From: a virus
Taxonomy: Duplodnaviria; Heunggongvirae; Uroviricota; Caudoviricetes
IMG/VR virus record: IMGVR_UViG_3300021138_000004
Direction: 5' to 3' (one strand)
DNA: 64,000 nucleotides
Shown here: piece by piece, positions 9,883 to 20,500 of the stretch
How the letters are laid out: each line of letters opens with the position of its first letter
How positions within the stretch are numbered: position 1 is the stretch's first letter
The notes under the pieces: generated by a model
The model's input: the letters and a program-made list of their open reading frames with translations, nothing else
What the model was told of the DNA's origin: nothing
The model's database searches: none
Made by a program: the position numbers and the translations under genes

Positions 9883-12800
9883 ATGCCTACTTTATTAAAC
9901 AACGCTGTAGGTTTGACGGGTACTTCCGGTACTTCGACCTTTTTTATCACTCTTAATGGTGCTCAGCCAAATCTTGGTCAGACTCCTACAACTTCTACCG
10001 GATACACACTGGTTACCGGGTCTAATGGGCAGTTACAATTTACAAATACGCTCGGCGGAGTAGCATTTACTAGTAGTACTATTCAAACTTCGGTTCCGAA
10101 TGGTAATTTAACTATTCAGTCTACCGGTACTGGTGCTTTAAATCTAAACGGCAATGTTTATATTAACGGCCAAACGTTAAATGCAGGTACTGGTACATTC
10201 TCATCCTTAACAGTTACAAATTTAACTGCTCAAGTTGGATATATTAATGGCATAACTGCAACAACTATTATTACTAACTATCTTCAAGTTAATACTGAAA
10301 CTGTGTTTAAAAACTTGTCAGTTACAGGCGGAGTTACTTTATCGCCTAATAACGGACAAGACGTTACTATTGAACCGACAAATAACGGCACTGTCTATAT
10401 CTATCCAGGCAGAACTGGCTATTTAGACAATTTAATTATTGGTTCAAATAGTTCGGCCTCTGGATTTTTTACTAATGTAACGGCAAATACCCTATCATTG
10501 AGTTCGCCATTAAATGTGACTACGGCTACATTTGTAAATTTGACTGTAACAAATACTGCTACTATCAATAATCTTTTTGCTAATACCGTATCGACTGATC
10601 AAATTTATCTTAATTCTAATAATGTTTCATTAGGTAACGGTGCAGCCGCTGACGGACAACAGCAGAATGGTGCTATTGCAATCGGTTACAATGCCGGCGC
10701 AAGTACACAGACTATATACGCAATTGCTATCGGATACAATGCGGGACAAACAGGACAGCAGGGTGCCGGGGTTGCCATTGGATTTAATGCAGGCGTTACT
10801 TTACAAGGTAACAGTGCAATTGCTATCGGACAAGAATCTGGTGAATACAATCAAGGTGGTAGTGCTGTTGCGATTGGTACTGATGCAGGACAAACAAATC
10901 AAGGCGGAGGTGCTATTGCAATCGGTAATGGTGCTGGAGGAACTACACAGACTTTGTATGCAACTGCAATAGGTGTAGGTGCAGGAAGCTTAAAACAAGG
11001 GCAAGGTGCTGTTGCTTTAGGATTCGGGTCGGGACAAAATTATCAAGGCAATTATGCAATTGCTATTGGATACAATGCAGGAACTAATTCTCAAGCAGGA
11101 GTTGCTATTGGATACAATGCTGCAACAAATAATCAAGCTAGCAGCGGTGTAGCAATTGGTGCAAACGCTGCAAGTAATTCTCAAGGATTGTATTCAAATG
11201 CAATCGGATACGCAGCAGGACAAAGCCAAGGACAAGGATCTGTAGCGGTTGGATCTTTTGCTGGTCAAAATACACAAAGCAACTATGCAATTGCTATCGG
11301 ATACCAAGCAGGGCAAACAAATCAAGGTGCAAACTCTATTGCTATAGGTAGGGTTGCAGGTCAGACAACACAGTCTAACAATTCAATCGTCCTTAATGCA
11401 TCTGGTGTTGCGTTAAATGCTGGTAATGCAAGTGCATTTTATGTTGCACCTATTAGAACAGATGCATCATCAAGTGCAACATCTTGGTCAGTATACTACA
11501 ATCCTGTAACAAAAGAATTGACTACGGCTGCTTCATTTGTTGCTGCAATTATTTCTGGTACAGATATTTCTATATCTACTACAGGAACAGGTACTTTAGT
11601 TATTAGTGATACCTCGACTCTTCAAAGTGTCACTAATAGAGGTGCAACAACAACTAATGTTGTCTATATAACAAATACTGCAACATCGACGTCGACTAAC
11701 ACTGGTGCATTGCAGGTTGCAGGCGGAGTCGGTATCGGAAATGGACTCTACGCTGGCGGTAAAATTTTATTATCACCAGGTAATAATTCAGTTCCTGCAT
11801 GGACTACAAACGGTGTTGCATTTGTTCAAACAGCAGGTACATTTACTGATACAACCACTACTGCATCAAGTACAGTGGCTGTTTCCTATATGAATTTGTT
11901 CAGCGCACAAACTTATGCTGCTTCCACGTCAATAACAGTGTCTTCTTTGTATGGAACATATTTTCAGAACCCTGTACGTGGAACAAACGTTGGCGGGGTA
12001 ACAACATATGCATTGGCCGCTGATAGTATAACCGTAATCTCCGCGCTTACGGTTGGTGCAAGCCTTATTACCGTTGGATCCGGGTCTTCAATTGGAATAT
12101 TCTCATCAACCGGTAACGCTGGTATAGGAACCGGCGCAACTACCGCTGGCAATATCAAAACTGTTAACATTGGTACCGGTGGTTTAACAAGTTCAACTAC
12201 AGTGGTTAATATTGGTAATATTACCACTGGTTCAACTAGTACAATTGCATTAAATGGACAGGTTATATTAAATCCGGTCAAGACCTCCGCTCCTGCTTGG
12301 ACAACTAACGGTATTTCATTAATTCAAAATACCGCAACATACACTGATTTAACATCAACTGGCACTGTTGCGGCCGTTTATATTAACAACATTGGTGCTG
12401 CTACAGTTTCGGCAACTAATACTATTACTATAACAAGTTTATATGGTACATACTTCTCAAATCCAATAGGTGGGAATAATGTAACTGCAACAACATTATA
12501 TGCGCTTGGTGCAGATAGTATTAGAGCAAATACACTTACCGTGGCATCATCCGGGCAGTTTACCCTTGGCTTTAGCCTTTCAAGTCTTATTAGCACATCA
12601 GGTTCTGCATCTCTCGGTATTCAAACACAGGCTACTAGTGGTGCTACTATTATTGGTTCTCCTACCGGGACTGGTGCGATTACAATCGGGCAATCAACTG
12701 CAACCCAAACAGTAAACATCGCCAATGGTGCAAATGCCATTGGCACTACTAAAACTGTTAATATTGCTACAGGTGGATCAACTGGTTCTAACACTATTGT

Positions 12801-13572
12801 TAATATTGGATCTAATGCTAGTATATCCACCGTAGCAATTTTAAGCATTGTCTCTGCCACTTCGACTTCTACTGGTGCATTGACTATTCAAGGCGGAGTC
12901 GGTATCGGTGGAAACTTGTATGTCGGCGGAACATTCTACGCAGGCGGACAGGCAGTCTTAACTACATCGAGTTTTGCTAGTTCAGTAAACGGTGGGACTG
13001 ATATACAAATTGTTACTAGTAGTTCAGGCGCTCTTATTTTTAATGACACATCTACTCTGCAGACTGTGACATCAAGAGGATCGATTACTAATAATGCGGT
13101 TCAGATAACAAATAATACTGTATCAACTTCGACAAATTCGGGTGCGTTGACTATTTCGGGTGGTGTAGGTATTGGAGGAAATGTCCATATCGGCGGAGCA
13201 ATGTCGATTACTAACACATTAACTATTGTTGGACCACTTATTGTTGATTCTTCGGCAGAAATTGTTAATTCTCCGTATATTTTTGTTGACGGAAGTGCTG
13301 TAGCAGTTGACTCGTTTCCAACAAGTGCATACAGGGCAGTTAATTATTTTGTCAGCGTTAACAATGTTGGCAACAATCAATATCAAGCCACTAATATTTT
13401 ATTAATTCAGGATGGTGTTTCTGCAAGCATTGAACAAACATCAGTATTTTCAAATGGATCAAATGTTGTAACATTCACTGCTACAGTGATCAGTAATGTT
13501 GTTATTTTATATGCTACAGGTGCAAATTCCGGCAACAGTATTAAATTACGCGCAACTTATATGACTGCATAA
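9883..13572 (+). CDS. Tail fibre with YadA-head-like AIAIG repeats (1229 aa)
   Basis: About 16-aa periodic (A/V)IAIGYxAG repeats around 10670-11370; TGALQVAGGVG modules. Confidence 0.8.
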   Translation: MPTLLNNAVGLTGTSGTSTFFITLNGAQPNLGQTPTTSTGYTLVTGSNGQLQFTNTLGGVAFTSSTIQTSVPNGNLTIQSTGTGALNLNGNVYINGQTLNAGTGTFSSLTVTNLTAQVGYINGITATTIITNYLQVNTETVFKNLSVTGGVTLSPNNGQDVTIEPTNNGTVYIYPGRTGYLDNLIIGSNSSASGFFTNVTANTLSLSSPLNVTTATFVNLTVTNTATINNLFANTVSTDQIYLNSNNVSLGNGAAADGQQQNGAIAIGYNAGASTQTIYAIAIGYNAGQTGQQGAGVAIGFNAGVTLQGNSAIAIGQESGEYNQGGSAVAIGTDAGQTNQGGGAIAIGNGAGGTTQTLYATAIGVGAGSLKQGQGAVALGFGSGQNYQGNYAIAIGYNAGTNSQAGVAIGYNAATNNQASSGVAIGANAASNSQGLYSNAIGYAAGQSQGQGSVAVGSFAGQNTQSNYAIAIGYQAGQTNQGANSIAIGRVAGQTTQSNNSIVLNASGVALNAGNASAFYVAPIRTDASSSATSWSVYYNPVTKELTTAASFVAAIISGTDISISTTGTGTLVISDTSTLQSVTNRGATTTNVVYITNTATSTSTNTGALQVAGGVGIGNGLYAGGKILLSPGNNSVPAWTTNGVAFVQTAGTFTDTTTTASSTVAVSYMNLFSAQTYAASTSITVSSLYGTYFQNPVRGTNVGGVTTYALAADSITVISALTVGASLITVGSGSSIGIFSSTGNAGIGTGATTAGNIKTVNIGTGGLTSSTTVVNIGNITTGSTSTIALNGQVILNPVKTSAPAWTTNGISLIQNTATYTDLTSTGTVAAVYINNIGAATVSATNTITITSLYGTYFSNPIGGNNVTATTLYALGADSIRANTLTVASSGQFTLGFSLSSLISTSGSASLGIQTQATSGATIIGSPTGTGAITIGQSTATQTVNIANGANAIGTTKTVNIATGGSTGSNTIVNIGSNASISTVAILSIVSATSTSTGALTIQGGVGIGGNLYVGGTFYAGGQAVLTTSSFASSVNGGTDIQIVTSSSGALIFNDTSTLQTVTSRGSITNNAVQITNNTVSTSTNSGALTISGGVGIGGNVHIGGAMSITNTLTIVGPLIVDSSAEIVNSPYIFVDGSAVAVDSFPTSAYRAVNYFVSVNNVGNNQYQATNILLIQDGVSASIEQTSVFSNGSNVVTFTATVISNVVILYATGANSGNSIKLRATYMTA

Positions 13573-13574
13573 TA

Positions 13575-13582
13575 TATAAATA
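13575..13582 (+). promoter_or_regulatory. T4-type late promoter TATAAATA
   Basis: Exact T4 gp55 consensus upstream of the 13616 fibre gene. Confidence 0.7.
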
Positions 13583-13615
13583 AGAATGAAGGTTTTTACC
13601 AGGAGCAATTAATCG

Positions 13616-16600
13616 ATGTCAAACAAATTTTTCTATGTACATAATGGCCTAACTGTAGGCAATGGTGGGACTACAATCGACGGAACTACAGGAACTATTT
13701 ACACACCGGGTTCTGTTGTTATTTCGTCTTCAACTAACGCTACTTCGACTAACTCGGGCGCATTAGTAGTTTCTGGCGGTGCTGGGATTGGTCAAAACTT
13801 ATATGTCGGCGGCGCGATTTATAGCAGTGCTACAAACTTAGTACTTACAACTGCTACAGTTGGTGGATATGCCGTTACATCGATTACCGGTGGCAGCGGA
13901 ATTTCAGTTACCGGTACTGTTGGACAGATTACCGTTGCTAGCACTGATACATTCCAGACTGTAACTAGCAGAGGTTCTAGCACTAACCAAATTATTACTA
14001 TTACTAATGCTACTCCCTCTACAACATCTACTAATGGTGCATTGGTTGTTTCAGGTGGTGTTGGTATCGGTGCAGGGTTAAATGTTGTCGGCAATACTAA
14101 CATCTACGGTAACTTAGCTGTAAGCGGAAACATTACAGGTACTAGCGTTGTTGTTACTGTTAACCAAGTCAGTGCTACCAGCGGTGTGTTCTACGGTGAT
14201 GCTACTGGTAATGGTGCATTGTATGCAGGCGTGCAGAACTATACACCATTTGCTCAAACAATGTTCCAAGCCACAGGTAACTACAATGGTTACATGGAAA
14301 TTAACGTCCAGAACGTTAACACTGGAACGCAGGCATCTACAGATATTGTTGCTTCAGCTGATAACGTAACTACAAGTAGTGCTTATATTGATATGGGTAT
14401 TACTGGCAGCAAATGGGATGGTTCACAACCTCTCAGTTTAGGAACTACCTTAGGACCAAATGATGGTTACATTATGGTAGGGCAGAATGCCAGCTCTGCC
14501 AATGCACCCGGCGACTTAGTATTTGGTACTACTACAACCGGTACGCAGATGAGATTTGTAGTTGCTGCTACAGCACCTCAGGTTACTACTGCTTCTATAG
14601 TAATGTACCTAAATTCTGCAACTACTCCAACTAACTCAACAGCAACTGGTGCATTAGTATTAGTCGGCGGCGCTGGTATTAGCGGCGGATTAGTTGTCGG
14701 TGGCGCAATTACTGCAACCTCTATCACACTTACATCAAGCGAAACTGATCAAGGAACTTTGTCTGTACAAAGTACTGCTACATCAAACGCAACAAACACC
14801 GGTGCGCTAACAGTTGCAGGCGGTGTAGGCATTGGCGGTGCACTAAATGTTGGCGGATCTATACTAAGCAGTGGATTCCAAGTACTCACATCTGCAACAG
14901 TTGCAAACTATATTACTGCTGGAACAGACACTCAGGTCGTTGTTAATCTCGGCACTGGTGTAGTTACAATTAACGACACATCAACACTACAGAGTGTTAC
15001 TGCGCGAGGTGCAACAACTCCTAGCGCATTGTCAATTACTAACTCTTCTAACGGAACATCTACATCGTCGGGCCAAGCATTGCTGGTCACGGGTGGTGCA
15101 GGATTTGGTGGTAACATTGCAGTTGGTGGAACTGCTTACATTGCAGGCGATTTGTATGTTGACGGTACTCAGTTCATTGTCAATAAGAATAATATTTCCA
15201 GCGGAGATGCTGTCTTATTCTTAAACACTTCTGCTGCTAATGCATCATTGGCTGCTAACAGTGGACTTGCAATTGGAACTACATCTTCTCCGTATGTTAC
15301 ATGGTATTATGACGGAAGTTCAATTAACGGTGCTGCAAACTGGGTGTCTAGCGGCGGTATTACTGTAAACACTACAGGTACTTTCAAGGCCTCGGGTGCT
15401 TCAAGCACGGGTGTTGCAGGCAACGCTTTACAGGTTATTAACGGCGGCCTCGGTGTTGCAGGTAACTCCTATATCGGTGGTAACTTAACAGTTGCTGGAA
15501 CTATTAACGCTACTATCTCTGGCGTTATTAGTACTGCAACAAGTTTAGCAGGTGGCATTGCAGGTGACATTCCGATTCAAACTGCAACTGGTCAGACTTC
15601 ATTTATTGTTGCAGGTTCTGCGGGCAGCATTCTTGTTATGCAAAGTGGTTCGACTGCTACTTGGCAGAGTACTTCAACTATCGTAGTCGGTGCTGCACAA
15701 ACAGTTGGTCTAACACCTAATGCTAGTGCAAATGCCAGTTACTATATCGGCATTTTCTCTAGTTCAACAGGTGTTTTAAGTCCAAATACTGCTTATGGAT
15801 TATACTACAATCCGAGTGCAAATACACTGTATTCTGGTACTTTTAATGGTTCTCATGTCGGTAACGGATCGGGCTTAACTAATATTGGTAATAGCTCACT
15901 GGTTAACAGTTCAATTACTGTATCAGCAGGTAATGGTGGCATTGGCGTTTCCGGTAGCCCAGTTTCATTAGGCGGCACTGTAACAGTTTCAAACCTAGGT
16001 GTTACTCAGTTCTTGGGCGGCACAACTGGTCTTACTGCAACTAACCAAACTGGAACAGTTATACTTTCGGGTACACTGGGTATTGCAAACGGTGGTACTG
16101 CTGCTACTACTATCGGACCAGCTGGTGCAGTTGCTATCAGCAATGGTACATCCTATGCATTTGCTGCAACTGGAACCACTGGATACATTCTAACACAGGG
16201 TGTTAATACTGTAACTTGGACCGCAGTAACTGGTGTAACAGCTGGCTTTGCTACAACTGCTACTAATATATTAGGTGGATTACAGGGATATATTCCAATT
16301 CAAAGTGCTGCTGGTATTACATCATATATTACCTCGGGTATTACTGGACAGGTACTAGCATGGAACGGATCGACAGCAACTTGGACTGCATTGAGCAGTT
16401 TAACAGCCGGTCAAGCTACAACTGCTACTGACTTAGCAGGCGGAACAGTTGGACAAATTCCTTACCAAAGTGCTACTGGATTAACTGCGTTTGCTGGTCC
16501 AGGTTCCGCTGGACAGATCTTAGAAAGCAACGGTGCTGCTGCTCCGACTTATGTATCACAGAGTACATTATCAGTCGGTACTTCTACTAATATTGCAAAC

Positions 16601-17518
16601 GGTACTGCTGGGCAAATTCCGTATCAAACCGGTGCAGGAGCAACTGCATTTATTACTAATGGTACTGCTGGACAAATTCTAGAAAGCAACGGATCAAGTG
16701 CTCCGACATATGTCTCACAAAGCACATTAGCAGTTGGTACAGCAACTAATTTAGCTGGCGGAGCACTGGGAAGTATTCCATATCAGAATGCTGCTGGCCA
16801 AACATTGTTTATTCCAATTGGTGCAAATGGCACACTGTTAATTAGTAATGGTACAACTGCTACTTGGGCAACTTCGGGATCGCTTGTTGCGGGAAATGCA
16901 AATACAGCAACTAACTTGTACGGTGGGGTTTCCGGTGAAATTCCAATTCAAATTGGTGCAGGTGCTACTTCGTTTATTGCTTCGGGTACTGTCGGCACCG
17001 TGCTGGTTATGGGTACAAATACTGCTACTTGGCAAAACTCATTAACACTGTCCGGTACTACTGTATCAACATCGACTAATACTGGTGCATTGCAGGTAGC
17101 AGGTGGCGTAGGCGTAGGCGGTAATGTGTTTGCAGGTGGATCTATTACTGGTCAGGGCGGTTTAATATCCGGCGGTAGTGTAACTGTTGCACAAAGTGGT
17201 GCGTACATACAAAACGATAATGGCATCACTGTTAATAATACCCTTGTTACTATTGATACTTTCTCGATGCTGTCTTATAGAACTGCAAAATATGTAATCA
17301 GTGTAAGCAATACAGTTACTTCGCAGTATCAAAGTTCAGAAGTACTAGTTATACATGACGGCAATAACCCTTCATTGCAGGATACATCAGTGTTTACTGG
17401 TGCTGCACCGATTATGACATTCTCTGTTACTACTGCTACTGGCAATGTATTACTACAAGGTGTAGGTGTTAATAACACTAATACCGTAAAGGTTCAGAAG
17501 ATTTACATTGTAGTGTAA
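13616..17518 (+). CDS. Tail fibre protein (1300 aa)
   Basis: AGGAG RBS; repeated ATNLAGG...IPYQ...TATW modules; C-terminal domain similar to that of the 9883 fibre. Confidence 0.8.
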   Translation: MSNKFFYVHNGLTVGNGGTTIDGTTGTIYTPGSVVISSSTNATSTNSGALVVSGGAGIGQNLYVGGAIYSSATNLVLTTATVGGYAVTSITGGSGISVTGTVGQITVASTDTFQTVTSRGSSTNQIITITNATPSTTSTNGALVVSGGVGIGAGLNVVGNTNIYGNLAVSGNITGTSVVVTVNQVSATSGVFYGDATGNGALYAGVQNYTPFAQTMFQATGNYNGYMEINVQNVNTGTQASTDIVASADNVTTSSAYIDMGITGSKWDGSQPLSLGTTLGPNDGYIMVGQNASSANAPGDLVFGTTTTGTQMRFVVAATAPQVTTASIVMYLNSATTPTNSTATGALVLVGGAGISGGLVVGGAITATSITLTSSETDQGTLSVQSTATSNATNTGALTVAGGVGIGGALNVGGSILSSGFQVLTSATVANYITAGTDTQVVVNLGTGVVTINDTSTLQSVTARGATTPSALSITNSSNGTSTSSGQALLVTGGAGFGGNIAVGGTAYIAGDLYVDGTQFIVNKNNISSGDAVLFLNTSAANASLAANSGLAIGTTSSPYVTWYYDGSSINGAANWVSSGGITVNTTGTFKASGASSTGVAGNALQVINGGLGVAGNSYIGGNLTVAGTINATISGVISTATSLAGGIAGDIPIQTATGQTSFIVAGSAGSILVMQSGSTATWQSTSTIVVGAAQTVGLTPNASANASYYIGIFSSSTGVLSPNTAYGLYYNPSANTLYSGTFNGSHVGNGSGLTNIGNSSLVNSSITVSAGNGGIGVSGSPVSLGGTVTVSNLGVTQFLGGTTGLTATNQTGTVILSGTLGIANGGTAATTIGPAGAVAISNGTSYAFAATGTTGYILTQGVNTVTWTAVTGVTAGFATTATNILGGLQGYIPIQSAAGITSYITSGITGQVLAWNGSTATWTALSSLTAGQATTATDLAGGTVGQIPYQSATGLTAFAGPGSAGQILESNGAAAPTYVSQSTLSVGTSTNIANGTAGQIPYQTGAGATAFITNGTAGQILESNGSSAPTYVSQSTLAVGTATNLAGGALGSIPYQNAAGQTLFIPIGANGTLLISNGTTATWATSGSLVAGNANTATNLYGGVSGEIPIQIGAGATSFIASGTVGTVLVMGTNTATWQNSLTLSGTTVSTSTNTGALQVAGGVGVGGNVFAGGSITGQGGLISGGSVTVAQSGAYIQNDNGITVNNTLVTIDTFSMLSYRTAKYVISVSNTVTSQYQSSEVLVIHDGNNPSLQDTSVFTGAAPIMTFSVTTATGNVLLQGVGVNNTNTVKVQKIYIVV

Positions 17519-17530
17519 ATAAATACATAG

Positions 17531-17550
17531 GGGTGCAGAAATGCACCCCG
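17531..17550 (+). promoter_or_regulatory. GAAA-loop hairpin in the leader of the distal fibre gene
   Basis: GGGGTGCA-GAAA-TGCACCCC downstream of TAAATA at 17516-17525. Confidence 0.55.
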
Positions 17551-17581
17551 TTTATACTTGCCTTTAGGGAGATATGGAACT

Positions 17582-20500
17582 GTGGCAGGCCAAAATAAAA
17601 GTTTTTACGTTCATAACGGCCTCGTGGTCGCCAGCCAGCTTACGGTTGATTCGACCGGTAATCTATATACTCCTGGCATCATAACCTCAACAATCCATAT
17701 TATTACTGGTACCACCGGTGTATCATCAACAAATACTGGTGCATTACAGGTAGCAGGTGGTGTAGGCGTAGCAGGCGGCGCATTTTTCGGCGGAGTAGTT
17801 ACTGCTACTAATATGTTTATTGGTCCTTGGGCAGTATCAACTGGTTCATCGTTGGCAAATATCAGCCCCTATAGTGGTATTTTTACCATTACAAATACCA
17901 CTGTATCTATTTCAACTAACACGGGTGCATTACAGGTCACAGGTGGTGCTGGTATCGGCGGAAATATAAACGTTGGAGGAAATGCTGCAATTATTAACGT
18001 ACCGCCGGTTACACAAACTTACGGCGGTGTATTGCAGGTCGGAACAACATTAAATTTCAGTGATACTAATATTATATCATCATTTGCTGAAAATACAAAT
18101 ACTTATGCACAGGTAGTTTTACAAAATCTAAATGGTGGTAGTTCGTCGAGTGCTGACTTTATTCTTAATAATAATAGTACAACCGGCGCTTCAATCTATG
18201 GTGACTTTGGTATCAATGGTACCGGATATTCGGGTATAGATCCATTTAGTGATCCAAGCGGTACTTACTTATATGGTGCCGGTGGAACATTAAGTATTGG
18301 TACTCCTAACGCATTTAATTTCAAAGTTGCAACTAATAACACTGTTGCGCTAACTATAACTCCTGATCAAAATGCTAGATTTGTAGGCATCGTTACTGCT
18401 ACAAATATGTTTATCGGGCCTTGGGCAGTTTCGACCGGTACTGGGGTATTGAGTGTTGCTAATGCGTTAACAATTAATAATGGTGGTTCTGGTGCAGCAA
18501 GTGGTAGTACTTTCAACGGTAGTTCTCCTGTAACTATTTCATATAATAGCATCGGTGCACCAAGTACTGGCGGTACAAATGCCACAGGTACATGGAATAT
18601 CGTTGCCGGTACCGCATTGATTGCAAACAGTGTTAGTAATTTACTAACTATTAATAGTGCCGGTGTTGGAGCCGCAAGTCCACAGACGTATAACGGCGGT
18701 AGTGCTCTAACCATTTCATACAATACAATCGGTGCGCCAAGTACTGGTGGTACAAATGCCACAGGTACTTGGAATATCGTTGCTGGATCGGCAGTGACCG
18801 CAACCTATGCCGCAGTTGCTTATAGTTTGGCAAATACCGCAACTACGCAGGTTGGTTATGCGGCCACTGCAACTTCAGCTGCGGTTGCTTATAGTCTAGC
18901 AAATACCTCAACTATACAGGTTGGCTATGCAGTTAACGCCACTAATTTAATCAATACCGCCAGTACGCTAGTCGGATATGCTAACTATGCCTACGGATTC
19001 AATACCTCGACGTTAGTAACTAATGCGGTAACTGCCCTTAACGCTTCTAATATTAATACTGTGCTCCAAACTGCCTCAGCTAGTTACTATCCAACATTTG
19101 TTAACGCAAATAATGCAAGCCCTGCAGCTGGATCTTTATACACTACATCTAGTTTTTCTATCAATCCCGCTACTGGTCTAGTAAGTTACAGTACATCGAC
19201 TATAAGTGTAAATGGATGGACTTTAGGCATTAATCCATCCGGCGTTCCTACAACCAGCACGACCACAGCAACGAGTTATCCTACGGGATTTTATGCTGCA
19301 AACTTGTATTCATCTTCTGGATATCCATCTTCATATGGTTACTTACAATCAATGTCGTCGAATTATGCAAACTCGATGGCACAAACTTATTTTTCCTGGA
19401 CTGGATACGGCGATCAGACTGGATCCGCTGGCCAGCCTGCGTATATGTGGGTTAGAACTAACAGAGATTCTAACAACCAGTTTGGCGCATGGCAACAGGT
19501 CCTTTTATTACAGCAAAACGGTGACTTATCATTAGGCACTGCTCATAGTTACGGATCCGGTAACATGAATATGAGCGGAATATTCACTAGCACTAATACT
19601 ACGAATGCTAGCTCAACAATTACTGGTGCATTACAAGTCGCAGGCGGTGTAGGTATCGGCGGTAACTTGTACGTCGGCGGCAAAGTTGTTGCTCAAGAAT
19701 TAGATATTCAGTATACTACAGTTACTACACAGATTATTGTTACTCCTGATGTATTTACAATTACTAATACAACTAATGCTAGTTCTACTATTACCGGTGC
19801 ATTAGTAGTTGCAGGTGGTGTAGGTGTACAAGGATCGATGTATGTAGGAGGGAATTTCACACCATCTACAGTATATAACACCGGCACTGGGGCTTTCTTT
19901 TTCGGCAATAGTGCATGGAATGGCTCGACTCCCGCAAATTCTAACATAGATGCAGTAACTGGTATTGTATATAATGGCGGCGTCGGTAGTCAATTATTCA
20001 CATTTAGTTCCGCTCCTGGCCAGCTATCCGTCCAACTAGATGGTAGTATTTTTGTCGGTGATGTTATATCATACAATCCAGCAAGCACCAGCGGTGTAAC
20101 TAATGGATCATTACTAGCATCAGGAAATATTACTGCAGGTGGTAACCTATATATACAGGGCATAATGTATGGTACTGCTACCAATGTTGCAGGCGGCGCA
20201 GCAGGTTCACTTCACATCCAGTCAGGTGCTGGTACAACTACAATGTTGCCTATCGGAGCAAATGCCACTGTTCTACAAAGTAACGGATCGACCGCAACTT
20301 GGGTTGCTCCAAGTACATTAACTGCAGGTACTGCTACCAATGTTGCAGGTGGTGCAGCAGGTTCGCTTCATATCCAATCAGGTGCTGGTACAACTACGAT
20401 GTTGCCCATCGGTGCAGCAGGAACATTACTACAAAGCAATGGTACAACTGCTACATGGGTTGCTCCAAGTACATTAACTGCAGGTACTGCTACCAATGTT

